Positions 55,778-64,000 of a stretch of DNA of 64,000 nt are shown here, piece by piece. Made by a program: the position numbers and the translations under genes. This stretch comes from Planctomycetota bacterium (GTDB lineage Bacteria; Planctomycetota; UBA8108; UBA1146): the NCBI GenBank assembly GCA_014240375.1, contig JAAZXB010000012.1, positions 15,829-79,828 of the forward strand, read 5' to 3'. The notes beneath the pieces were generated by a model. It was not told the DNA's origin. It ran no database searches and saw only the letters and a program-made list of their open reading frames with translations. Each line of letters begins with the position of its first letter. Position 1 is the first letter of the stretch.

Positions 55778-55815
55778 GGGCGATCGCCGCAATGCCGGAT
55801 CCCATCGACTCCTTC

Positions 55816-55869
55816 CACCTTGTCGACCTCATGCACCTTGTCGACCTCATGCACCTTTTCGACCTCATC
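55816..55869 (+). repeat. 18-bp tandem direct repeat x3 (imperfect) in long non-coding leader
   Basis: caccttgtcgacctcatg x2 then caccttttcgacctcatc. Other direct repeats are nearby: gcgcccccctccaac at 55883 and 55915, and tgagggcgctggcaatt x2 at about 56290-56325. Confidence 0.85.
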
Positions 55870-56101
55870 GGTACCCTGGCAGCGCCCCCCTCCAACTTCC
55901 GAGGGTAGGCTCCTCGCCCCCCTCCAACGGGCGTCATTGGGCCCGTAATGGGCTCCAGGCGCTGCTAGCAGCGCCCCTCAGAACCTATTTGAAATAATCG
56001 GTCCGGCCCCCCCGGTGAAGCGGATCACCCAGTAGCGGGCATGAGCCTGCTGGGCCGCCGGGACCCGCCTCCGGAGTCTAGAGAATGAAAGTTGGTGAAA
56101 C

Positions 56102-56215
56102 ATGACAGCAATCGTCAAACGCTTCGGAGTCTGGGGTCTGATCTTCTTCACGGTGAAGGGCCTCTTGTGGTTGGCAGTGCCGAGCATGGCCGTTTATCTG
56201 GGAATCGGTGGCTAG
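56102..56215 (+). CDS. Unannotated 37-codon ORF encoding a hydrophobic peptide (candidate small membrane protein)
   Basis: The ORF reads atg aca gca atc gtc aaa ... ggc tag, giving MTAIVKRFGVWGLIFFTVKGLLWLAVPSMAVYLGIGG. It is below the 60-aa cutoff of the supplied ORF track. The Shine-Dalgarno is weak (GGTGAAAC). Confidence 0.3.
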   Translation: MTAIVKRFGVWGLIFFTVKGLLWLAVPSMAVYLGIGG

Positions 56216-56542
56216 CCGCACCGATCGGGTACCCACTGATTCCTCGGAAAGTGGCCTCCACGCCCTCTACTGCCGGATCTCACGGGAGTTGAGGGCGCTG
56301 GCAATTGAGGGCGCTGGCATTTGAAGGCTGCAGATCCGCGGGCTCTGCCAGGAGCAGGAAACTGTAAAACCACGCGTATCGCCACTAATCAGCGATTTAT
56401 ACCAATTCCGACCCCATTTCTCGATCTACAGAAGTTTTCCGGTCCGGTGATCCCCTGGCTACGGATAGATAGGTAGCGGGCGAGCGCCCGCAGGGTGAGC
56501 GGGCCCGCACCCCGCGACTTCTGGACCAAAAGGTGGTGAATC

Positions 56543-57334
56543 ATGACCGAGATCAAGAACAACGAAATCGAGCGCGAGACCGAGTCGAACGAGAAGGCCA
56601 AGCAGTCCGGCAGCGGACGCGTCGACGCTCCCACCAGAACAGAGGAAGAGGTCACCTTCGCTCAGAGGCTTCGGTCCGAGACCGCCCAGGCACACCGCTT
56701 CGCCGAGTCCACCAACTTCATCAAGGGGATCCTGAAGGGCGTCATGGACCTCGAGAGCTTCGGTAACATGCAAGCGGGGATGTACCTCGTGTACGAGGCG
56801 CTGGAAGAGGAACTCGAGCGCCACAGGGATCACCCTCTGCTGGGCCAGATCTACTTCCCCGTACTCAGCCGCAAGGCTTCACTGGAAACCGATCTCGAGA
56901 GTCTCTACGGGGCTCACTGGCGCAGCCAGGTGCGCAGCACTCCCGCTCGCAGCGAGTATGTCGACCGCATCCACTGGCTCGGCGACAACGACCCCACCCT
57001 GCTGGTCGCCCACAGTTACACACGATACCTCGGAGACCTTTCCGGCGGTCAGGTGATCGCCAAGATCGCTCGACGCTCGTTGAATATCGAGGGGAGCATC
57101 GGCCTCACCTTCTTCCAGTTTGACGAGATCGAAGATGGCAAGGCGTTCAAGAACGAGTTCCGCAACCGGCTCAGCGCCCTGCCACTCGACGAGGATCGTG
57201 CTCAGGAGGTGATCGAAGAGGCCAAGGAGGCCTTCGCCTTCAATCAGCGCATCTTCGAGGAGCTGGAAGGCAGTTGGATCCGCACCCTCGCGAACTTCCT
57301 CCCACTCGGTTTTAATAGGCGCAAGCGGGCTTGA
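56543..57334 (+). CDS. Heme oxygenase (HO-1/HmuO/PbsA family)
   Basis: AGGTGGTGA Shine-Dalgarno. [28 protein letters not shown] closely matches the HO-1 distal-helix region ([28 protein letters not shown]). A proximal His-containing helix ([14 protein letters not shown]) is also present. Confidence 0.85.
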   Translation: [263 protein letters not shown]

Positions 57335-57447
57335 TTCTGCGCCCCGGCCACAGGGTCCGGGCGCTCGGGTCCGAGGATGTCAGCCCGTTCAATATTCAAC
57401 AGGACGAAATTCAACAGGGCGAAGAGTTGAATCAGGAGTGTGAATCG

Positions 57448-58638
57448 ATGGAAATCGTAGAACTGGGCGGTGAGACCGCCTCGCAAGATGCAGATCATGG
57501 CTTCGACCCCGAAACCTTCAAGGATTTCATCTCCTTCGATGTGGGGGACGGCGAGCCGATCTATTACCACAGTGTCGGTAAACTCTATCGCCAACCCGGT
57601 GGAGAGATCATCGCCGGAGTCGAGGCGCTGGTGAGTAACCGACTGGTGAAGATGGAAGGGAACCAGGCGGAAGCGGTGTGTCGGACGCTGGTGATCTATC
57701 GTGATCCCGATACCGGCGAGATCTTGCAGGATGAAGATGGTAGCCACATCATCCGCGAGTATCCCTACATCGTCGCTCAGTTCGAATTGAAGAAGAACCG
57801 GGTGGTGATCCATACCGAGGGCCTCAGTGGGCCGCACCAGAATGGGCTCTACGGCCTCGCAAGGGTCAGCAATGACAAGGTCTTTGCGCAGCGCTCCGGC
57901 GACACCACCTTCTTCTACTGGACCCTCTACGGCGAGGTCGAGACCCCCATCGGCAAGGTCTGGTTCAACGAGGCCTACAACGGCTCGACCGCTCCCGGGG
58001 TGCCCGATGTGATGGTGATGAACCGCTACGGCACGCTGCCGGCATTTGCCGGGATGGGAGACGGTTTCATGCAGACCACCGCCGCACGTATCGACTCCTA
58101 TGATGATCTGCCTGAGCACCTGCGCGAGTATGTTGCAGAGTACGCGCCTTCGCACTGCGGGCCGCCCGCCGACGATGCGGAGATCGAAGCCCTCAAGGAG
58201 CAGTACCTCGGCGATCATCCGCCCGAGGCACCGAAATCAGCGGCCCCCGAGCAGTTGAGCAAGGAGCAGATCGCCGAGGTCGTGGGCGGATACTTCTCGT
58301 GCCTTCGCAACATGCAGGTCGACGAGTTGCTCGAACTCTTCAGTGAAGATGCACTGAGCTGGGATCCGGTCGGCACGCCGCCGCTGCTGGTCCGCGACAA
58401 GTCGACCAACTACTTCAAGGCACTCTCCGGCTTCTTCGAGAAGATGGCCTTGACCGAGGATGACATGTTCGTGGCGGGTAACGAGGCCGCTGTCCGGTGG
58501 ACCGGTGTCGCAAAGTTGCGCAAGAAGGAGAAGGAACTCACCTTCGAGGGAGTCTCTGTCTTCACCGTCAATCCCGATGGATTGATCTCCTGCGTCCGTT
58601 CCTACTGGGACAAGAAGACGCTGATGTCGAGTCTTTGA
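57448..58638 (+). CDS. Hypothetical two-domain protein: ~280-aa uncharacterised N-terminal domain plus C-terminal SnoaL/NTF2-like domain
   Basis: AGGAG 10 nt upstream. The C-terminal roughly 120 aa (SKEQIAEVVGGYFSCLRNMQVDELLELFSEDALSWDP...TFEGVSVFTVNPDGLISCVRSYWD) have an NTF2-like/SnoaL-like pattern. I cannot place the N-terminal domain confidently. Confidence 0.65.
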   Translation: MEIVELGGETASQDADHGFDPETFKDFISFDVGDGEPIYYHSVGKLYRQPGGEIIAGVEALVSNRLVKMEGNQAEAVCRTLVIYRDPDTGEILQDEDGSHIIREYPYIVAQFELKKNRVVIHTEGLSGPHQNGLYGLARVSNDKVFAQRSGDTTFFYWTLYGEVETPIGKVWFNEAYNGSTAPGVPDVMVMNRYGTLPAFAGMGDGFMQTTAARIDSYDDLPEHLREYVAEYAPSHCGPPADDAEIEALKEQYLGDHPPEAPKSAAPEQLSKEQIAEVVGGYFSCLRNMQVDELLELFSEDALSWDPVGTPPLLVRDKSTNYFKALSGFFEKMALTEDDMFVAGNEAAVRWTGVAKLRKKEKELTFEGVSVFTVNPDGLISCVRSYWDKKTLMSSL

Positions 58639-58649
58639 GGAGGAATGCG

Positions 58650-59303
58650 ATGAGTGAAGCCGCCGACAATCCAGTGCTAGTCGATCCCGAAAAGTACGCC
58701 GCCGTTGCGGATAATTTCGTCTATGTCCACCGTGCCCTGCGTCGGGATCTGGCGCGAATCATCGGCGGCGGAGACGAGCTCTTCGCCAGCGACTTCCTGC
58801 GTTTTGCGCGGATCCTCGAGAAGCACTCGGAACTGGAGGACACGCTCTTCTTTCCACCGCTGGAGGAGCGCGCGCCCGGATCGACCGGTGCCAGCGTCGA
58901 TCAGCACCGTCAAATCGAAGCCCTCGTGACCACTCTATCAGGCGGCAATTCCACCGACATCCAGGGCGACCTGGCGAAACTGCAGGAACTACTGCTGACT
59001 CACCTCGATGATGAGGAGCAGCAGATCATGCCGGCGATGATGAAGCACTTCGAGGCGGCCGAGATCTGGGCCCTCGACGGCAGGATCATGGAGTTCTGCT
59101 CGCCGGAGTTCATGCAGGAGATGATGCCGTGGTGGTTCACCCACATCGATGCCGCCGATCGAGTCTGCGTCGCCCAGAACATACTTGCTGGGGTTCCCCC
59201 GGAGTTTCTGCCGGTGCTGAGCCAGTGGATCGCGAGCGGTCTCGATGAGACGCAGTGGAACGAGTTGGTCGGGCAAGTTCCTGCGCTGGCCGCGACCGCC
59301 TGA
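58650..59303 (+). CDS. Hemerythrin-like (HHE cation-binding) domain protein
   Basis: GAGGAGG 7 nt upstream. Two H...E...FP-type helices are present: VYVHRALRRDL...ILEKHSELEDTLFFPPLEER and LLTHLDDEEQQIMPAMMKHF. Confidence 0.7.
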   Translation: MSEAADNPVLVDPEKYAAVADNFVYVHRALRRDLARIIGGGDELFASDFLRFARILEKHSELEDTLFFPPLEERAPGSTGASVDQHRQIEALVTTLSGGNSTDIQGDLAKLQELLLTHLDDEEQQIMPAMMKHFEAAEIWALDGRIMEFCSPEFMQEMMPWWFTHIDAADRVCVAQNILAGVPPEFLPVLSQWIASGLDETQWNELVGQVPALAATA

Positions 59304-59318
59304 GTCGCGTCTGCAGTT

Positions 59319-59705
59319 CTATCGCTCCGGTGAGAAGGGCGCGGTGGGATCCCGGAGCATCGCCGATTCGAGCAGGATATTCCCTTCCTCACATTCTTTT
59401 AGAATGCCGTCGACAAAACAAATGTCACCGGGCTTCTTGCTTTGTGCCATCGCGGGTAAACGGCTGAAATCGCAACGGATTCCGTTTCCAAGATGGATCC
59501 ATCCGGCTTGCGGGTCGCTGACATCGGTCCGGGTCACGGTTCCTTTGATGGTGATTTTCTTGCCCAGATATTTCTGTCCTAGTGCTGCCACATCCTTTTC
59601 CAGAAACTGCGCTGCAGGCTGCCCATAGTCCATCTTCAACGCCTGGCACCCGACACTCAGGCTGACCAGGATCAAGATTGACATCTTCAGGAGTGTGCTT
59701 TTCAC
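59319..59705 (-). CDS. Hypothetical lipoprotein
   Basis: Signal plus lipobox MKSTLLKMSILILVSLSVGC. 128 aa. No family recognised. Confidence 0.55.
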   Translation of the reverse strand: MKSTLLKMSILILVSLSVGCQALKMDYGQPAAQFLEKDVAALGQKYLGKKITIKGTVTRTDVSDPQAGWIHLGNGIRCDFSRLPAMAQSKKPGDICFVDGILKECEEGNILLESAMLRDPTAPFSPER

Positions 59706-59801
59706 TGAGAGATCCTTTCGTGGAGTTCCCTGGTAGAAGGGCTGGAATCCACTCTATCGGAGTCCTACTCGATGACAACGAGGAGTCGATAGGATCTCGG
59801 C

Positions 59802-61385
59802 TCACTCCAACGACTTGTCGAGAAGCCGTTGATAAGCCTTTGTTCCCACCAGCATCTTGTTTTTCTTGGCGTAGTCGATCGCCATCTTGCCGTCGTTGTT
59901 GCGGGCGAGGGGATCGGCGCCCTTGTCGAGGAGTGCCTGAACGATCTCGGGGCTGGAGGAGAACTGAGCGGTGTACATCAGCGGGGTCATGCCGAGTGGA
60001 TCGGCGACATCCAGCCCAGCGCCGCTGTCGATGAGCAGCTTCACGATCTCGGGGGGCGAGGAGTTGCCGGTGGCGAAAAGCAGCGGCGTCATGCCGAGCG
60101 GATCACTGGCATCCAGTTCAGCGCCGCTGTCGATGAGTAACTTCACGATCTCGGCGCTGGTGGAGTGCGCTGCGGCGACGATCAGCGGGGTCATGTCGAA
60201 CTTGTTTCTGGCTTCCAGTTCAGCGCCGTTGTCGATGAGCAACTTGACGATCTCGGGGGTCGAGGAGTAGGCTGCGGCTTGCATCAGCGGGGTCGAGTCG
60301 GCACTGGAGGATGGGTCTCTGGCGAGCATCTGCGGGATCTTGTCGTCGTTGTTGTTGGCGTTGTTGCCCCTGGCTTCCAGTTCAGCGCCCTCATCCAGGA
60401 GAACTTTTACGATCTCGGGGCTGGTGGAGTGACGGGCGGCGATCATCAACGGGGTCGCGCCGGCGTTGCTCCTGGCTTCCAGTTCAGCGCCGCCGTCGAT
60501 GAACCGCTTCACGATCTCGGCGCTGGAGGAGTGTGCTGCGGCCAACATCAGCGGTGTCCTGCCCGAGCCGTCGTCAATCCTGGCTTCCAGATCAGCGCCC
60601 TTGTCGATGAGCAGCGTTGCGATCTCGGCGCTGGAGGAGTAACGAGCGGTGTACATCAGCGGAGTCATCCCCTTGTTGTTCTTGACCTCGACCCGGGCAC
60701 CCCTGTCGAGGAGCATCTGAACGATCTCGGGTTCTGAGGATCGCGCCGAGGCGAAATGGAGCGGCGTCATATCAATATTACTGCTGGTCTGGACATCGGC
60801 GCCCTTGTCGAGAAGCAGCTGAACGATTTCTGGCATGTAGGAATGCTGTACAGCGAACATCAACGGCGTCATGCCGCCCTTGTTTCGGTCGACGATCTGG
60901 GCACCGTGATCGAGCAGCATCTGAACGATCTCGATGGTCCTGGAATGTGCGACGGAGTACATCAATGCGGTCCCGCCCCCGTCGCTTCTGTTGTCGATCC
61001 TGGCGCCCCTGTCGAGCAGTAATTGAACCATCTCTGGAATATGGGATCGTGCTGCGGCAGCCATCAGCGGGGTCCCACCATCCGGGCCTCTGGCATCGAT
61101 CTGGGCACCCCTGTCGAGCAGGTACTCTGCGATCTTCGGGTTTGAAGAGCGTTGAGCGGCAAACCACAGCGGCGTCAAACTGTTCTTGTTCCTCGCATCG
61201 ATCACCGCACCCTCATCGACCAGCTGCTGGACCAGGGCTAAATTGTGAGTGCTGGCGGCGATGTGCAGTGGAGTGTCGTTGAAGCGGTTGGGTTCCTGAG
61301 CTTCAGTGGTGGCGACGAGGAATAGCATTGCCAGTAAGCAGGTCTGGGCTCGATCGAAAATTCGACTCTCGCTCTCTGGTTTCAT
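59802..61385 (-). CDS. Secreted ankyrin-repeat protein (~14 ANK repeats)
   Basis: Signal-like N-terminus (CLLAMLFLVATTEAQ), then reiterated 33-aa units of the form G(M/A)TPL(M/H).AA....S.EIV(K/Q)LL(I/L)D.GA.(L/I)(D/E)A(R/S). The strongly periodic DNA gives many overlapping spurious ORFs on both strands. Confidence 0.85.
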   Translation of the reverse strand: MKPESESRIFDRAQTCLLAMLFLVATTEAQEPNRFNDTPLHIAASTHNLALVQQLVDEGAVIDARNKNSLTPLWFAAQRSSNPKIAEYLLDRGAQIDARGPDGGTPLMAAAARSHIPEMVQLLLDRGARIDNRSDGGGTALMYSVAHSRTIEIVQMLLDHGAQIVDRNKGGMTPLMFAVQHSYMPEIVQLLLDKGADVQTSSNIDMTPLHFASARSSEPEIVQMLLDRGARVEVKNNKGMTPLMYTARYSSSAEIATLLIDKGADLEARIDDGSGRTPLMLAAAHSSSAEIVKRFIDGGAELEARSNAGATPLMIAARHSTSPEIVKVLLDEGAELEARGNNANNNDDKIPQMLARDPSSSADSTPLMQAAAYSSTPEIVKLLIDNGAELEARNKFDMTPLIVAAAHSTSAEIVKLLIDSGAELDASDPLGMTPLLFATGNSSPPEIVKLLIDSGAGLDVADPLGMTPLMYTAQFSSSPEIVQALLDKGADPLARNNDGKMAIDYAKKNKMLVGTKAYQRLLDKSLE

Positions 61386-61741
61386 GATGGCAGTGGTCGC
61401 TGGATTTTATTCGAGTAGCCGATGGAGATGAACCAGGGTGCTGCAGTATAAGCACAGCCCTGGGGCCCTTTGCCCGAGTCAGAGGTGGTGCAGATCTGGT
61501 CAGCAGTGTAGGGCGTGACCGAATCCGCTACTGGGCACCTTCCTATAACCCATGGAGGACCGGATATGGTCCTGTGGAGGCTCTAGTCACCACTATCGGA
61601 ACGGTCCTTTGAGGTCGAACTCCACGATCTGGTGGAGGGCGGGCAAACCCTGATTTGGAGCCACTTCCTGGACCCGTTTGGTAGGAAGTCGCACGGTTGC
61701 GGTATAAACTTGATCACTGGGTCCTCAGTGGTAAGGGAGTA

Positions 61742-62641
61742 ATGATGAACAGTCCCAGTAGTTTTGTTCGGCGGCACGGAGGATTACTCTTCGCAGCGCT
61801 GCTTCTATCCGGGTGCTCTTCGGAGGTGCCCGGTCCAGCCGCATCTACCGTGACTGAATCGGTGGAGACTCCCCAGAAGCAGGTCAGATCCATGACCTTT
61901 GGCATCGTCCCGCAGCAATCGGCGAGCAAACTTGCTCGATTGTGGATTCCCATCATGGAGCAACTGAGCCAAGAGGTCGGCGTTCAACTGGTATTTCAGA
62001 CTGCACGCGATATCCCTGAGTTCGAAAAGAACTGCAGGGATGGGAAATATGACATCGCTTACATGAATCCGTTTCATTACACCCAGTTTCATGAGGATCC
62101 AGGCTACGTTGCGGTGGGCAAACAAAAGGGCAAGAAGATTCAGGGGATCCTGGTCGCTCGAAAAGATCTGGAGACCGATGAGCAGTTGAAGGCTCTCCAC
62201 GGCCAGACTCTGGCGTTCCCCGCACCAGATGCGTTTGCAGCGACAAAACTGCCCGCCAAGGACCTGGAAAATAAGAAGATCGAATTCTCGCGGAAGTACG
62301 TGTCTTCCCATGATTCGGTCTACCGCAGTGTCGCCCAGGGGCTCTACATCGCAGGTGGGGGGATCGTTCGAACTTTCAAGAATGTGGACAAGGTTGTTTC
62401 CGACCAACTCCACATCATTCACAGGACAGCCAAGTACACTCCACATGCTTTCGCGGTCCATCCTTCCGTCGACGAGGAGACTCGAAATCGGCTCGCAGCG
62501 GCTCTGATGGGTCTCGGAAATTCCGAGGTTGGCCTTCAATTGCTGGAGAGTATCAAGTTTGCCGGTATCGAGTCCGCAGTGAACGAGGATTGGAAAGATG
62601 TACGAGATCTGAATCTGGCACCGAGCGAATTGAGTGACTGA
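61742..62641 (+). CDS. PhnD/SsuA-like periplasmic substrate-binding lipoprotein
   Basis: AAGGGAG 7 nt upstream. Lipoprotein signal MMNSPSSFVRRHGGLLFAALLLSGC. Type-2 periplasmic-binding-protein-like layout (FGIVPQQSASKL...). Confidence 0.7.
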   Translation: MMNSPSSFVRRHGGLLFAALLLSGCSSEVPGPAASTVTESVETPQKQVRSMTFGIVPQQSASKLARLWIPIMEQLSQEVGVQLVFQTARDIPEFEKNCRDGKYDIAYMNPFHYTQFHEDPGYVAVGKQKGKKIQGILVARKDLETDEQLKALHGQTLAFPAPDAFAATKLPAKDLENKKIEFSRKYVSSHDSVYRSVAQGLYIAGGGIVRTFKNVDKVVSDQLHIIHRTAKYTPHAFAVHPSVDEETRNRLAAALMGLGNSEVGLQLLESIKFAGIESAVNEDWKDVRDLNLAPSELSD

Positions 62642-62675
62642 TTGAGTTCCTTCCCTGTGCTTGAAAGAGTGTGAT

Positions 62676-64000
62676 ATGTCTTTCCGTCTCAAGACCGTTC
62701 TTGGGATTGCCGCCATCGAGGGTTTCTTACTACTGCTACTCGTCTGGAGCAGCAGTCAAACCCTTGAGGATTCAACGCTTAAAGAACTGGAGAAGCGCGG
62801 AGAGACAGCGGTTGAATTACTGGCCACCACTGCCAAGACCCCGATTCTTGAGCATGATCTGGCGACTCTCGTCGAGTTCGTCAACTCCGTGGTGACCAAT
62901 GAAGGATTTGTCTACGCTCGCATTCTTGGTCGTGATGGCATCGAACTCGCATCTGCGGGCGATGAGCAGTACTTCTCCGTGGCGAGGAAAGTGGATCTGA
63001 AACCCGAAGATGTCGATGATGGCATCTACGATTTGAGAAGAGAACTGCCGGAGTCCAATCAGGTGCTCGGAGTGATCGAACTCGGCATCTCTACCGATGC
63101 ACTGGACAGGCTTCAAAAAGATGCTCTACAGCGGCTCGGCCTCATCGCTCTGGTCGAGATGATCCTGGTGGCGCTGTTTTCGCTGGCTCTAGGGAATTAC
63201 CTGACGGGTGAACTGGCAAGACTCGAAACAGCAACCCGTACCGTTGCCGAAGGTGATCTGGGCCACCAGGTGGAAGTCACAGGCACCGATGAGATCGCTC
63301 GTACCATCCGTAGTTTCAACGACATGTCTCGTCGGGTTGAGGGTTCCTACCGGGAACTGCAGCAGAGTGAACTGCTGTACCGCTCCAGCCAACAACGCCT
63401 CGATGGGCTGGTGGCTTCGCTGCTGGAAGGTGTTTGTCTGCTCGATGATCAGCAACGAATACTGTTCATCAATCCGGCGGCAAGAGATCACATGCAGAAA
63501 CTGGGTAATTCGAGTGTCGAGATTGGGGCCACGGTTCAGTTTCCCGATCTGAAGCGGGAGCAGATAATTGTCGACAGTGGATTGACGGGCTTCGAACTGA
63601 CCACCACCTGGAATGACATCCCACATGTCTTCGAATTGACATCTCGCCTGGTTCCAAACCAGCAGGACCAGCAGAAGGAGTATGTGGTGGTGCTGCGAGA
63701 TGTCACCGATTTTCGAAAATCGCAGAATGCTCTCTTGAAACATCAAGAGTTGACCACGGTTGGTCAACTCGCAGCCGGAATTGCTCACGATTTCAACAAC
63801 ATTCTCACCGTGATCCTGGGCTACAGCGAACTCACCTTGAAGTCTGAAGAGCTACCGGAGCTGGTGCGCGAGTACTCCAATCGAATTCTGCTGCAGGGCG
63901 AGCGAGCAGCCCAGTTGATCCGTCAGATCCTCGATTTCAGCAGGAAAGTGGATGCCGAGAGTGAGCGAATCGATCTCGTGGAGTTCCTTCCCGAGGCGGT
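62676..64000 (+). CDS. Sensor histidine kinase (TM, periplasmic region, HAMP, PAS, HisKA), 3'-truncated by window end
   Basis: MSFRLKTVLGIAAIEGFLLLLLVW is TM1. LIALVEMILVALFSLALG is TM2, followed by a HAMP-like segment (TRTVAEGDLGHQVEVTGTDEIARTIRSFNDM). A PAS-like region follows, then the H-box LAAGIAHDFNNILTVILGYSEL. The ORF runs off the window end, so it is not in the ORF track. Confidence 0.8.
   Translation, partial: MSFRLKTVLGIAAIEGFLLLLLVWSSSQTLEDSTLKELEKRGETAVELLATTAKTPILEHDLATLVEFVNSVVTNEGFVYARILGRDGIELASAGDEQYFSVARKVDLKPEDVDDGIYDLRRELPESNQVLGVIELGISTDALDRLQKDALQRLGLIALVEMILVALFSLALGNYLTGELARLETATRTVAEGDLGHQVEVTGTDEIARTIRSFNDMSRRVEGSYRELQQSELLYRSSQQRLDGLVASLLEGVCLLDDQQRILFINPAARDHMQKLGNSSVEIGATVQFPDLKREQIIVDSGLTGFELTTTWNDIPHVFELTSRLVPNQQDQQKEYVVVLRDVTDFRKSQNALLKHQELTTVGQLAAGIAHDFNNILTVILGYSELTLKSEELPELVREYSNRILLQGERAAQLIRQILDFSRKVDAESERIDLVEFLPEA

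Noticed and set aside
55778-56542. Riboswitch in the long leader upstream of heme oxygenase
   Set aside because: I could not match the region by eye to any riboswitch consensus I know (cobalamin B12 box, fluoride, ZTP, SAM). It is kept only as a repeat-rich regulatory candidate pending an Infernal/Rfam scan.
59829-61282. Multiple +strand ORFs across the ankyrin gene (59829-60140, 59971-60270, 60165-60737, 60947-61282) and minus-strand 60778-61167
   Set aside because: They are frame artifacts of the highly periodic ANK-repeat DNA. Only the minus-strand frame 59802-61385 gives canonical ankyrin repeats.

Overview
This is a 64 kb, high-GC (about 60-65%) bacterial chromosomal segment. Gene content points to a Planctomycetota/PVC-type genome, but that assignment is an inference from family composition, not a database hit. 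I call about 55 protein-coding genes, two tRNAs (both with CAU anticodons, one each resembling elongator Met and lysidine-type Ile2), several intrinsic terminators and a number of tandem-repeat arrays. The supported evidence is five consecutive twin-arginine (Tat) exported proteins among three Gfo/Idh/MocA oxidoreductases and two xylose-isomerase-like TIM barrels, a DUF1080 lipoprotein, two secreted proteins that end in dockerin-like tails, and an ankyrin-repeat secreted protein.

The window runs in this order:
- **1-13984:** a periplasmic oxidative sugar-type cluster. It holds the DUF1080 lipoprotein, an NHS-family MFS transporter, the two Tat-exported TIM barrels, the three Tat-exported Gfo/Idh/MocA oxidoreductases, a signal-less ApbE flavin transferase and a small membrane protein with a CXXCH heme motif. 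Next to it is a 1020-aa secreted protein that fuses a beta-propeller, a di-heme cytochrome-c-peroxidase-like domain and a dockerin.
- **14018-22415:** a DASS/SLC13 transporter, an FAD oxidoreductase, a methyltransferase with a poly-lysine N-terminus, ComF, tRNA-Met, and the gatCAB operon.
- **22443-27778:** a tightly translationally coupled minus-strand operon of three genes (secreted HEXXH metallopeptidase-like protein, secreted protein, TM/TPR protein). A vWA/HEAT gene lies divergent to it at 28060-29466.
- **29667-32329:** H+-pyrophosphatase and rsfS.
- **32351-34516:** a secreted protein with (ADPQ)4 repeats.
- **34732-43189:** a housekeeping stretch (tsaE, LpxH-like gene, miaA, lysS). Embedded in it is an unusual 1192-aa Rad50/SMC-like ATPase that has a transmembrane hairpin in its coiled-coil region and a roughly 400-aa C-terminal tail encoded by four tandem DNA repeat arrays.
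- **43202-54077:** thiL, nhaP, an aminotransferase, an orphan ParA with a 77-aa partner, HU, a DegT aminotransferase, and a tRNA(CAU) followed by a lower-GC gene.
- **54353-55777:** a secreted FG-GAP beta-propeller protein ending in the same dockerin-plus-Cys-tail module as the cytochrome fusion.
- **55778-59303:** a roughly 750-bp repeat-rich leader containing an unannotated 37-codon hydrophobic ORF, then a heme oxygenase, an uncharacterised protein with an NTF2-like C-terminal domain, and a hemerythrin-like protein.
- **59319-64000:** a lipoprotein, a 14-repeat ankyrin secreted protein, a PhnD-like substrate-binding protein, and a partial PAS histidine kinase.

The most novel-looking candidates are the membrane-anchored SMC-like ATPase with its repeat tail, the Tat-exported oxidoreductase/TIM-barrel/DUF1080 module with its own heme and flavin accessories, and the heme-oxygenase/hemerythrin cluster.
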